Shown piece after piece: positions 21,080 to 34,105 of a DNA stretch of 64,000 nucleotides. Numbering within the stretch: position 1 is the stretch's first letter; every line of letters starts with the position of its first letter. The translations under genes were made by a program, and so were the position numbers. The notes under the pieces were generated by a model that worked only from the letters and a program-made list of their open reading frames with translations, searched no databases and was not told where the DNA came from. Origin of the DNA: Chlorokybus atmophyticus (lineage: Eukaryota; Plantae; Mesostigma and Chlorokybus algae); assembly GCA_009103225.1 (NCBI GenBank), contig RHPI01001507.1, forward strand, positions 484,467 to 548,466. Direction: 5' to 3'.

Positions 21080-22207
21080 GGGTGGCAGGGTAATACCCTA
21101 CTTCGATAATGGCAGTGCCCTACAGCGTCTGCTGAATGTCGCTGTGTTAGGAGTGCAATGAAGAAGATGCATGACTCATGCATCCTCTCCATGCGACTCT
21201 GGACAGTGTCCTGTCCCCGAAGGCTATGCAAGCCTGTCATAATGGCAGGCTAACCCTAGCCTGCCGTGACACTTCATGCACCTTGCATGATGCTGAACCC
21301 GTACCAGCAGTCACCCGGCTACCGTGATATTATAATAGGACAGTCACAGCTGCCTAGATCTACCCTCGCACACAATTGGTACAACGTGACTACAAAGTTT
21401 GCAGTGCAAGTAGAGCGAGATTTGGCGCGCGAGCGTACGGTATACTGCGTCGGTACGACCGAGTACCTAGTACTAAGCCCGCCTGCAAAAAGCGCAGCAC
21501 GTGGGTTTCCGCGAAAAGACAGAAGACAGGTCCACCAGGTAAGCGACAAAAGGGCCTGTTGCCTTGTGACAAGGCTCTAGTACACTGACTGCATGCATAA
21601 TGCCATGCATGGGTCGGGTGCGATGGATTCCCTGCACGCCTATTCATGAAACGCAATGTTCGGAGGATTGTGCTTCAGATAGTAGGGGGAACGGGGGGGC
21701 CCTAGTAACCCTAATATTCAGTTGCTATCGGGCCCAGTCATGCACATGGTGAGATTTCGCCACATCCACCGCAGATGAAGCAAACACACAGGAGTTGATC
21801 TCCGCAGGAACAGGGACGGGGAAACCCCAACAGTGGTCATGGAGGCATGCTCCATGACCACAGTTGGGGTCTCTCAATCACATAGAGGCATGCTGTTTTG
21901 TCATGTTTCCGACGCATTACTCGAGGACGACCAATATCATAGAACAAAAGATTCCTGCTTATTGAGGATTCAATCATTAGAGCCCACGTTTGCATGTGCG
22001 TCGCGAACAGACAGATTCGCCTTTCGTCACAGGTTTATGCAAGCCATTATAATTGACGCAAACCATAAAACCAGAGAACCAACTCCCCCAATGAAAGAAA
22101 AGAGTGCCAACCTCCAGCCGTGTGTGTGAGCGGAAATAGTGCCTTGCATGCATACACAAAGATACACTGTGCTGTGGCGGTAGGCGGCGGCGGCTGTGGC
22201 GGTGGCG

Positions 22208-24306
22208 ATGTCGTCCGCGATGTTGCCGTCAACCCTGCGCACGAAGTTCCCCAACTTGAGGGGAGGCTGGGCGCCACCTTGCGGCTGGCCTGACCGCATC
22301 CTGGAGGAGGGAGAGGATGATGTGGTGGCGGCGCTGCATGACGCAGAGTACCAGGACGCCTCTACCGAGGCGGAGGACGATAACGACGAGAAGACCATGG
22401 ACGGACAGGACAATGACGGTGACGACAGCGACAGCTCCGCCCACAATCACAACCACAACAACTACAGCGACCATGACGCCCTTCCCCAACCCCCTGGCGC
22501 CATGTATGTCAACCGCAGCGAAACAGTTCAGGTAAGCATCCTCATGCCTCAACCCTAATTGCAACGCTTGCAATGCACTGTGACATTGCATACATTACTA
22601 AATCTGTCCTGTTTCAGCAAGGTTTAACCCCCCCCCCCCCCCCTTTAGCTGGGTTTAGTTGCTGTGCATGTCCATGTGCTGCAAGAACAGACAGGGTGTG
22701 ATGTTACTGTGGTGTTTTCCTTGCATAGTCTCAGTCCATGCTTTTGGCATGCAGTATCTTTTGGAGAGGCACTTGAAGCTGCTGGAGAAGTGGCATCTTC
22801 CAGGGGATGGCACGCATGAACATCACTCCAACACTGACACACCGTCATCACCATCGACACCAACAACCACCAACACAACCACAACAACATCCACAGCGCT
22901 CCCCTCACATAGTGAGTTGTGGCACACTCTCATGCCAGTGACAACTGTGTGCGAATTGTTGCAGCAACTTTGTCTCATGTGGGTGTCTGCGCTTGTTGTT
23001 GCAAACAGATAAGAGGAAGACAGCGTGTTCACCTGAGCAAACAACACCTTCACGCACGCGGCAGCGTGTTCGCGCGCAGCAGCCAAAAACAGCACAGCAA
23101 CAGCAACACACACTCTCAACACCCAACACTTCTCCTTCCACTCAAGAGCGCCCCTACACTCCCCTTACGCACCTCCGAGTTGATGTACCCAACAGCCACA
23201 ACAGCAACATACAGAAGAACCACAGCAACGACAGCAATAACGACGCTACTCTTTTAACCCCGGCGCTGCCAAAAGTGAAGCGACGAGGCGCGTGCATTCG
23301 CGTGACCACCCCTAGCGCAGCTGCAGATAGGGTACGCCGCGGTCGTTGTTGTTGTGGTTGTCGTTATTGCTGGGGTGGTGGTGTTGGTGGTGGCATTAGG
23401 TGGTGATGTTGTGAGGCTCAACTTGTCTGTATTTGTGTCACAGAGGAGGAGAGACCGTATGAATGAGAGGTTTGAGCGGTTGCGCATGATGGTGCCTGGC
23501 AATCAGGTGGGTTCGCTGCGTCTTGCTGACACTTATACATAGACTCTAGTACACGCCATCAGTTAGGCCAACAATAGTCACTAACATCTGTCTTCCACAG
23601 GGTCTCTCAAGCACACAAATATCCAAGGCAGGTGTGCTTGACGCTGCTATCGAGTATGTGAAGAAGCTTCAAGCCCTTTCAGAGGTGAGATTACACACGC
23701 TCAAGTACATGTACGCTTGCATGCGCACACCCACCCACATATGCGCGTGCATATGCACTGGTCATTGAGTATCTGTTGTAAAGCCTCTAAAGCAACCCTC
23801 GCGTGCAGGCGTCCAGCTCCGATGACATCGTGAATGTGCGAGATGGCAGGGAAGACGGCGTCATGATTGCGCGGATTCGCTATGCTAGCCGCAAGCCCCT
23901 GCTTCATGACATCCTTCGCGCTATTGCTGAGCTCAAACTCCAGGTCAGAATGAGGTCAACTGATGTCTTCACGTGGCAATGTTATCGACACGCAAACCAA
24001 CATGCTCCCTCCTCTCAGGTGTTGGATGGAAGGTATGCTGTTGAGGGCGACAAACTCAAGGGAGATTTTCTCGTCAAAAAGACAGCCGTGAGTGTGTCTG
24101 TCGACTCAGCCAAACTCAAAGACACACTCAAGGAGGTTATCAACAAGACCACCTCACCCAATAACATACACACGCATAACGACATCAAGCACGAGCCTTC
24201 TTCATCAAAGAAGCACTGTATGTATCGGGACAGTGTGTCCATTTCAGCCAGCAAGTACACAAGTGTACTTAGTGACAACTTCCTGTCCATGCCACCCTGC
24301 GCGTGA
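22208..24306 (+). CDS. bHLH transcription factor with C-terminal ACT-like domain
   Basis: Phase-consistent GT-AG exons: 22208-22531, 22755-22911, 23009-23331, 23444-23506, 23601-23684, 23809-23943, 24019-24306. They give AAADRRRRDRMNERFERLRMMVP...ISKAGVLDAAIEYVKKLQ (bHLH), then MIARIRYASRKPLLHDILRAIAELKLQVLDGRY (ACT-like). The start codon is uncertain. Confidence 0.9.
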
Positions 24307-27300
24307 AATGCGGTACCTGTCTGGCGCAGCAGTAGCATAAGTTAGCTGTAGTTGTTGCACACGATATACACAAAGGACTTCATTTCATTCTTTCCCCCTC
24401 TGCTGTCGACACGGGTGAGGCACCAGCGGCGGAGTTGTGTAGGATAATGTAAGGGATAGATGAAGCTGCAGAAGTTGGCAGCAGAATATATGCTGTACAT
24501 ACCAAGATGAGTTAGGTTTTTCTCTGGGAAGGGAGTGAATTGGCGACTTGCGCCGTCACTTGTAATACTGTTCACTGTCTGGTGGTCGTGTGATCATGCG
24601 TGTGCACAAACCCCTCAGACACCATTCTGTGCGTTTGTGGCGAGTTCTTATGTTTTGGTATCAAGTCTTTGCACACCGTGTGCAAGTTGGGCTGGTGCTT
24701 TTGCAGTCCATGCTGTGTTGGTTTGCTGAAAGCCAAGTGACTGGGCATGTGTGATGTGACACACGTTGACTGCTTGCAATCTGCATGCATAATAAGTGCA
24801 GTAGTTAGTCCGGTATAATCGCTTGTGTCAATACTGCGCTTCAGTCATATCAGCAATAGGCACTGTGCATAGTCAATCATGGCTGCAGTATGATGTGAAA
24901 CATACCAAAAGTGACCAATTGTCAACTGATTACGCAGTGTAAAATGCTAGCATGTTGCACATGTTGTTAACTCTGTACTGCACAGCACATGTTGAACACA
25001 CAAGAACAAGTCACCTCGTACGTCTGGGTTTGTGTCCATGTATGGCCAGCAGATTGTTTGTGCACTACAGCGGGTTCAAGGCGTGGCTCTGATGGAGAAG
25101 GTGACGACAACCGTGTGTGCAGCTCCGAGTTGGCCACTACCATGAGCTGCTCCTATGACGACCATGTCAGACGTCGCAATGCTCTTGGTATGAGGCATGC
25201 GCAGCTGACGCGCGCTGACGTGCATAATTGTGTTGCATGCACGTTATAGTTGTCTTGCGCTCATAATGTTGGGTTAGCGTCATGGTTGACACTGGGTCCT
25301 TGCGATTGTTTGACATAACATATATACGCATAAGAAGCAAGGCAATATATGGAAAGACAAGAGCGATGATACTTTAAAGCCAACCAGAACGGATATTTTG
25401 CATGCTTTGGTTATTAAAGCTAAGTCTTACACCAGAGGCAGTTACAGGCAGTCTGCATGTCACCTCTTTTGTTGAACGCTTGCAAATAGGAAGAATCTGG
25501 TCATTGCAGGTAATTCCACAACCCATTCAACCTTCCGTCATTACGTTACGTCACGAAACGCAGCTGTGTTACGTTTGGAACACACCACCCGCATGCGTAT
25601 CTCCTTCAGTGTCACGTGCGCTCACGGCGTTGTAAAGCACCAAGCGACGAAAAGGACCATCAAAGTACGGTCTTGTACCAGCAGTGCGCTGTGCCTTTTA
25701 GTTCATGGATGTTAATCATTGTAAATGCCAACCTGGCAAGAAGCGAAGATACCATAGGCTTGGCGGGAACGCTTCATACAAAAGCAGTGTTAACTCTATA
25801 CTGCGCTGTACGTGCCTACAGAGGCGCTTGTACTCTACGTACCATGTCATGACCTCCTGGCCAGGCTAGCTGTCGCCGCTGTGTGTACAGCTAGGAAAAG
25901 GCCTGCTCAGCATGCGCTTTTTAGGCTGCCTTCCCTGTCATGATCGAAGGATATGATGCAGCACAACAGGTTGAAGTGAGGCTTAATGAAGCTGGCAAGG
26001 TTTATTTTGAGCCGTACATGTGGTTGATGGCGAGATTGCTTGTATCCAAAGGGGAGCTGTTGAGGAACTGCTCTCATTGGATACAAGGTGACATGACTCC
26101 TCTGACTTTGCTTAAACGGGACTTTTTCCTCTGCGGACGCGGTGCTCAAAGACCGCAAGCACTGACTTGATGATAATTCAGTTTAAGTTTGGAGCAGGTT
26201 GTCTCGAAAATGTGCACACAATGCTGGTTGAGGTGTCCATGTAATAATAAGTCCATGCATAAGCAACATGATAGGTGTTACAAGCGTGACACTCATGCAT
26301 GCTAGAAGAAGCTGCAAAGTCCACGTATTAATAAGCTTAAGCAATATGTAATTGATTTTTAATGCTAACTTTTATGTAAGACTCAGTTTGCAACAGTGTA
26401 GGTGAATTGTTACGCGCGAGGTCATTGGCAATAGCATACCCTCATATGTTTTCGTTAGGTACGTACTATGCAAGATAATATAATATAAGTCACTGGCTTG
26501 CTAACTATTATCCATCAGGTTGCATGCACACCTGTGTACACAACAGAGCATGCCTCTTGCCTTACCGAACTCTTCTTTGCTCCGTGCATATGCTACCTCA
26601 ATCTGGGTCCAACTCACATTCGGTTGTACCCACATAGACTACGATATTGTCTACATATATATAATACTTTATGTAACGTGCTGGTTAAGCCAAAACACAA
26701 ATGTGGCTGCCTTTGGCTGTAGGCAACTTGCGCGGCATCAGCTATATTGTTATATGCAAGTTTATTTGTATACTATGCAATGGTTGGTCAAGTGCTTTGC
26801 ACATATGAGCGTTGCCCTTGCGCCAGCTGAAGCTTTGGCACCGTGCTCATATTGTGTCACCGGCGAGCAAAGTGCGCTACAATGAACGCAAGGGTAGGGG
26901 ATGCTAGGAATGGTAGCAGCCATGCCCCAACGGCGACCGCTGCAAACAGTGCCACTAACGACGCAGAATAATGTGACGCTGGCAAAGTGGGTTCAACCCA
27001 CTCCGGCTAGGCTTCAGTTGGTAACGCAACATGGTCGTGCTAGTGCGCCGCGTGTAGTGTGATGTTATGTGTGTGGTTCGTTTTGCGTGGTACGTACTGT
27101 AGCAGCTTCAACGTGTTAAACAACGTGGCAATGTATTGTAGTTGAGAAACATGAGGTCAACGCCATAGCTACAAATAGCACAAAGGTTAAGCATGTCATA
27201 TGATGGTATAAAGGGTCATGACATTGACAATGATCAATTACGTGCTTCCATTGTTATGTGCTCCCACTACAACGTAATACCTTACATGACCTTTGAGCAC

Positions 27301-27908
27301 TTCTCAATATAACTTGCAATGGAGCTGCTAGAAAGCGTGCTCAAGCGGATCATTGGTCCACTCACATGTGCAAGGCATTCATTGCTTGTCCAGAGTAGTT
27401 TTGGAGATTTATGTACATGTGAGGTGTGCAAGGGGTAAGCATAAAAAGTTATAATGTCATCATGAAAGACGTTGGTTTTGAATGCAACCGATTTACTTGT
27501 GGTGAGCGCCGTTGTTGCAGCCTAAGCCAATGCGTTGTTGCCTTGAGACTTCCAAGTTTGTTTACGCCTCATTTGTGACATAGCGCAGGTCATGTGGCTT
27601 CCCTCGTCGTTGGACCAATGGCAGCGCCGCCACCATGTTGCAATGCATGTGCTATGACTGCGTGTCTCTTCTATATCGCGCATGTCGCACATGCAAGCCC
27701 CAACTCAAGCACATTAACATACAGCACAGCCAATTTTTGGTCCTGAGGGTTGTGAATAGCAATATTATGTACATGTACATGCGTAGGCACTGACTCCCGA
27801 CATTGGGAGCCAGTCCATACACTACAAAGCTAATAAAGTATAAAGACAAGCTTGCAGGATGTCTCACCAGTGGATACAAACCTCACCTCACCCCTATCCT
27901 TGTACACT

Positions 27909-30900
27909 TCATACCTCTTCGTATGCGACAGGCTCTCCATCAAAAGGCACCTCGCAACTCAGGTCATAAACCGCATTCGCGACATATCTCAGTCGCGTTA
28001 CAAACTCTATCAGCAATGCCGCAAACTTGCACAGCGACATGGCCGATATCGCGGCAATGGGATCAGCTTTGGGGCCTTCTGGTTGCAGTAATGACATGCC
28101 AGAAAAATTCGCCAACACGGCAGTCGATGATATGTGAAGAGGAGCGTGCCGGCTGAAAGTTTGTCGCCATGTTGCATAGCGTGAAGCTGCAAAGCGTGCT
28201 CTCTTCTCTGCCATTGTGGGCCCTGCCAAGCAACACATCAGCACACACTTGTGAAAAAAACTCTGCACGCATGCATGCGCGCCCGTGCCTGCCTATACGT
28301 GCGCGCGCATGCATGTCTGGGTGCATGCGTGCACACTTGTGTGCTTGTATAGTTTTGTGTATGTGCGTGTGCATGCACACAGACACATGCGTGTACATGC
28401 ACTTTACACCCTTCAGCTTACGCATGTGCACGGCGTGCACGCTCACGAGAATGCTTGTGTGCGCATGTGCCTGCGTGGTGCACGTGCTGAGAGCTAAGCT
28501 ATCATATGCATGCAGCATCATCAATCTGACTGCATGCAAAATCCCCAATCTTACCAACTCCTGCATGGTTTGATACTCATGGTTGTGTGGCGTTGTGAGC
28601 CGCAACTTGTTGCATTGAACTGTACTTCACTCTCGTGATCACAAGTCACACTCACCATGTCTTGGTGAAGCAACATTAACAACTCCATTGCTGGTTGCTC
28701 TCTTCACCCCAGCACCTCCATTCCCCTCCCTGCTTCCTTCCCCTTCACATGCCGGCTTCTGCACTGGTCCACCCTCTGTGCGTGCACAATCAATGTGTAA
28801 CAAATTGTGTAAGTTGTGTCACAAATCCTATACACACAAGCAGGTACGCCCNNNNNNNNNNNNNNNNNNNNNNNNNNNNNNNNNNNNNNNNNNNNNNNNN
28901 NNNNNNNNNNNNNNNNNNNNNNNNNNNNNNNNNNNNNNNNNNNNNNNNNNNNNNNNNNNNNNNNNNNNNNNNNNNNNNNNNNNNNNNNNNNNNNNNNNNN
29001 NNNNNNNNNNNNNNNNNNNNNNNNNNNNNNNNNNNNNNNNNNNNNNNNNNNNNNNNNNNNNNNNNNNNNNNNNNNNNNNNNNCCGCCACCCAGAGTGATG
29101 TCATAACAACCAACTGCAACTCTCCAAGACTGAGCTTCCCGTACTCAATGACACACGTACACCCAACCCCATCCATCCCAGTGTGCATATCACACGTGCA
29201 ACGCCAACGCACTGAACAGCAGGGCGGAGTGCTCGCTGAGGGCCTCCTGCAGGGCGACGGCGGCCTCCTCGGCCTCGCCCAGCAGCGTGTTCGGGTCAGG
29301 CGCAGGCCGGTGTTCTGCAAGAGACTTGCCCAGTGCCTTGAGAACCTGGGTGACAATGAAACGGGATGTGAAGTGTTATGCATGTCAGCGTGCATTTGCC
29401 AACATGTATGCGCTGCCGTGAGAGTCAAGCGCCATGCGTGTGCGTTCGTGTGTGGCTGTGTGTGTGCTAGTACTTGTGCGTGCGCGTGTGCGTACTTGGG
29501 ATGAGCAGGAGCCGATGCGCAAGAAATGAGGCCGGAAGAGGTCTCGGAGGGACTCGTCTGCCTGTTGATGGTACAACCAAGGACTTGGTTTCAGCACTCA
29601 CACAGTGCACGTAGTAATGACGAAAGGCATACCCAACATGACAACATACCTGTATTTGGGACCTCAAGCATCCGTCCAGCGCCACTATTCCGTGCAAAGA
29701 GTACCTGAGTTCCGCTGCGAGTCCCGCATACCTCGCCCACGGATAACCTGCAAGACACAACACAAACACATCCCACGTCACAAAACTAGCATTGCATGTG
29801 TGTGCATTTAACAAGTGTGCGCGTATATATGCGTGTGTCTGTGTACAACACACGCACGCACGCACGCCATGCAACGGTACAGTTGATGTGCGTCACGAAT
29901 ACACGTATGTGTCCCAGCGTGTGTATCAAGTTTGCTTATGGATGCTTAACTTGAAGTGGCGTGCGTGTATCTGCACAATACAGCTGTTGTGCCCAACAAA
30001 CCTGATCTAAATTTCCCGTGTGGGGGTTCCCACCACACGCTTAGGAGGAACTTCTCCTCTTGTGTCTTCATGGCAGCTAGGTCGCGGTAGACGGTGTGGG
30101 TGATGTCCTCTTTCCTCTTCTTTTGGTTGTTCTTGTTCTTCTTGTTCTTGTTGTTGTTGTTGCTGTTGTTGTTGTTGGTTGCAAGCTCGTCATTGACATG
30201 ATCCAACGCCGCCGCGTCGCAGTACAGCGTGACCACCTGGTCTATGCACTCCGACGCGCTTATGAACGACTTTGTGATGAAACTGTGCAGCTGAGTGCCA
30301 GCGAAGACCGGCTTGATCACCACATTGATGCACCTGATGAATGAGTAGTTGCATTATATAATCTGTAGTGTCAAGTTCTGCACACGCACACACGTCTATG
30401 TTGGCAAACACTTACAAGTACACACCGACAAGCGTGCATACTAGTTCGGACATTGTTGTTGTGTGCGTGAGCGAGACAACAACACTTTGTGTGCATGTGC
30501 ACGCACAATCTGTAGGTCACGCACGCACGCATAGTGTATGTATGCGTGTATGAGCATACACACACGTGATCCATGTGTGCGCTTCCACGCACTACCACTC
30601 ACCCAGCGAGCACAAAGCCCATTACAACCATCGCCAGTCTCATGGTCGGGACGAGTATGTCCTCGTCGGAGTAGTACCTACCCATGAAGCAACCACACAA
30701 CTCATCAAGGACAGAGAGCCATCTTTCACCCAACATATGTAAGAGATGTAACAGATGCCACTGTACTGTAATGTGTAAACGTACCCGGTCAGTATCAGCA
30801 GATGGAACGTCTGTGACGCCATCACCGCCGCATAATTCCACTGTGCCTTCAATGGCGACGCGAACCTGATGATGTAGATAGCCATCAAGCGGTTGTTGAT

Positions 30901-32421
30901 GTGTGTGTTGCATTGTTGGCTTTGCGCTCAGTCAAGCAGTCTTCACTGATTGCTTCTGCTTTCAAACCATGTTGACATTGTGAACAGTTGTGCGCACCTG
31001 AGAAATGTGGGCAGCGCTCCGCCCAGAAACACCAGAGCATATATCACGTACACGTGCGCGGGTCCGAATAGCGGAGCCACATGGTTTACCGCCACTGCCA
31101 AAGCTCCTGCACAAGGACACACGCATGATCTAAACAATTTTAAGGTATGCACAAACACGCGAACACATGTCCATGCAAGAGTGAAGGATACTAGCAAGAG
31201 GGATTGCTGCCAAAAACTTCATGCATGCAACTCTGCTTGCATGTGCGTGCGCGTGTGCGCGCGTGTCTGTGTTTGTGTGTGCATAGCGACCATCCACAAG
31301 TTATCCTCACACAGGCCAATGCAAAAGACTGACTGCAGTTGAGAGCGAGGCACAGTTCCAGTGTCATGTGTGGACCAGGTTGACACCAAACCCGTACGTG
31401 TAAGTTGTGTACGTTTCTGAAGCGACTCTTGACTGACCGGCAATGCTTGTCCCGACGACGCGGTTGAGTCCCTTGCTGAGGCTGGTGCCGACATTGGGTT
31501 CGAGGACGAGGCCGACGGTGAGGACGGCCCAGATGCCCACGCCCTCGAGCCACGTGTCGATCGCGGGGACGAGAACCAGCAGGGAACACAGCGTAGACGC
31601 AAGACCGACCTGCGTGTACATGCGCGTGTGGGTACGTGTGCATGTGCGCGCGTGTGGGTGTGCGTGTGCGTGCGTGGGTGTGCGCGTGCGTGTGGGCGTG
31701 TGCACGTGTAGCTGCGCGTGCGCGCGTGTATTCTTAATAGGGTGAGAGTGCATTGCGTGCAACCAACCAAGTTACGTGCGTGTCAAGCCCACATTGACTC
31801 TAAACAAACAGCTATTACCTATGAATCAGGTTTTTGTTTACGTGCTGGACAAGGGGGCAACGGCGGGCTAACTGGCCAACGCAGTCCATAACCACAACAA
31901 GCATGCCACTTTGCGCCTGCTTACTACTGTGCAAAGCAGGTGTCAATGATGGCACTGTAGAAAAGTGCAACAACAAAAGGCAAATGCCTGATGAAGCCCG
32001 CGCGGGGCTGTCATAGTCACAACACACAGCAGGGTAGCATGACAAATGCAGCAACCGAACAGTAGATAACGAAAGGAACAATGCAATGCCATAGCATGTA
32101 TGTGTTGACATAGCTACAGTATGCAGCATTTAGTGCTGCTCATTGTGCACAAAACCTTTTCTTTGCGTTGTCTCTCACCTTGATTGACAGGACAAAGATG
32201 TCACCATCAGCGCCAGCTGTCACCTTCCTGCACCAGCACTTTACCCCAAACGCCCACTTGGACAGAAACCCTAACCCTAGCTGGGACACCCTGCTTGCGC
32301 CTTTGCTTGCGCCTCCTGCTGCAGCTGCACTTGTGGCATGGCTGCGGTGGTTGCCATCCTCCTCGCCGACACCACCATGGGCAACGCCGCCAAGCAGAGG
32401 CTGCTGGGCAGTGTCGCCCAT
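27909..32421 (-). CDS. ALMT: Aluminium-activated malate transporter (ALMT) family anion channel
   Basis: Exons encode FVLSIK|VGLASTLCSLL...GIWAVLTVGLVLEPNVGTSLSKGLNRVVGT, ...WNYAAVMASQTFHLLILTGY, IKPVFAGTQLH, WWEPPHGKF, YPWARYAGLAAELRY, and SAMSLCKFAALLIEFVTRL. These are the ALMT TM domain, WEP fingerprint and C-terminal domain. The model spans the N gap at 28852-29082. Confidence 0.93.
28852..29082. other. Assembly gap
   Basis: 231 N. Confidence 1.
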
Positions 32422-34105
32422 GCGTACAACGCTGGCCAGGACGCTGCCCTGCCTGCCGGCGACGACACCGCGATGGAGGAGGTGAAGGACGCCGTTGGGC
32501 ACATGCAGGCTGACATCCAGTCGTAATATACGCATAAAGATAATAGCATGTTTGAAAGCATGGCTGTAGGCTGTAACTTACTACCATGGTGCATGCATCG
32601 AGATGTAGGCTGCTATTGGCTTACACTTATGTGCTAATACCCACAGGATACCTACATGCTCACTTATGTGTGTTAATAAGCTTGTACTAAAATTCTGTTT
32701 TTAACACAAGTTAAATAAGCTACACATGTAGATTATTGTGATACAAACACATGAAGTGCTGATTGACAAGCTGCTTAACTTGCTGCACATGTACATTGTA
32801 CATTGCAATATGCTCCATATATGTAAGATGTGAAGGTTTTCACGGTCATATACATTTGATTGTACTTATGCTATCCAAATCAAAATTATTTGCATTATTG
32901 TATACGCGATAAAACTTTTGTATCAAACATTCAAGTTAAAGCTTGGTTAATTGCATCAATTTATTGATATCATCATTTTCATTAGAAAGCATGAATGCAT
33001 CTCCAACATTATAAGACTGACAAATGGACGAATTGCCAACACAGATAATATTTTCATAAGTGCTTTATGTCGTGAATAGACCATATAAGGCTATCTTGCA
33101 TGCTCATGCTCTGCTGTCGCTACACCGGCATTGCAAGCAAACACATAGTTAGGCTAGGTATAAGATAGACCAACAGTTATCCTACAAGCGTAATTGATTT
33201 TCATGGGTACACGTGTGTTATGCTTGTCGCTAGGTGGATACCATAAGATAGTGCATGTTTACTTATACCTTAAACAACACTGCGTTGCATCAATTTTGGT
33301 AAGTCACAACATATGGTTTTATCACATGCATTGGTAAGCGAGAGAACTAAATTCTCGTATAAAAATAGTGTAAAATAATAAGTTAAAATATGTACATGAA
33401 AATGTTTGTCGCATATATAGAACAATATGTATGCGCTCATGCATTGTTCGTGTAGTGCATGCAATAGACTTAATCACAAATACAACACATTACCATCCAA
33501 TAGCTGAGCAAAGAGTAATGTGAATGCGAGGTGAGCGGCTTAGCAAAAGCCGGCGTGACACTTGAGCTCTTACAAGCCATAATCTACGCATGCAAATGAC
33601 ATGACTAACTTACGACCCATAGCATATATATTATGCCGTATGCACTTGGGCTTGTTGAGCACGAATGGCACTATAAATAATCATTACCTGCACAATAATG
33701 AACGCGCAAGGTGTTCACAAAAGCATCAACTCATATACTACGGTACATAAACATGGCCCAATGCAATAACATGTGCATAAACAACGTAACTCGTCACACG
33801 ACACTTGGCGTATCATCAAGCAATTGACCAAACATCTATTGAGAGATAAGTACATATATCCACAATCAATAAGCATTCACAGCTCAGCTCGGTATTCATT
33901 CAGGGCCTTGATGTAACCATTGGTGACGCCATGATGAAGTACGTAACAAAAAGCCAATAGGAATGCGCAACAGGCAGCAAAACAAATAAACTCGCCTGAA
34001 GACACACCACCACATAGTGTGAGCATGATCAGCACATCTAAAGCTACTGAATCCAAACCACACGACATAAACATAAAACTCACCTTACCTGTTACAATGG
34101 CTGGA

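Noticed and set aside
21073-21271. Possible short plus-strand solo LTR TGTAACA...GTGACA with a 9-bp hairpin
   Set aside because: No TSD, PPT or PBS. The TGTAACA is better explained as the start of the minus-strand LTR.
25940-26170. Plus-strand 76-aa ORF MIEGYDAAQQVEV...
   Set aside because: No recognisable domain or supporting exons; it overlaps an equally plausible minus-strand exon candidate.
26985-27005. tRNA T-arm-like GTGGGTTCAACCCAC
   Set aside because: The loop has 5 nt rather than 7, and there is no acceptor, D or anticodon arm.
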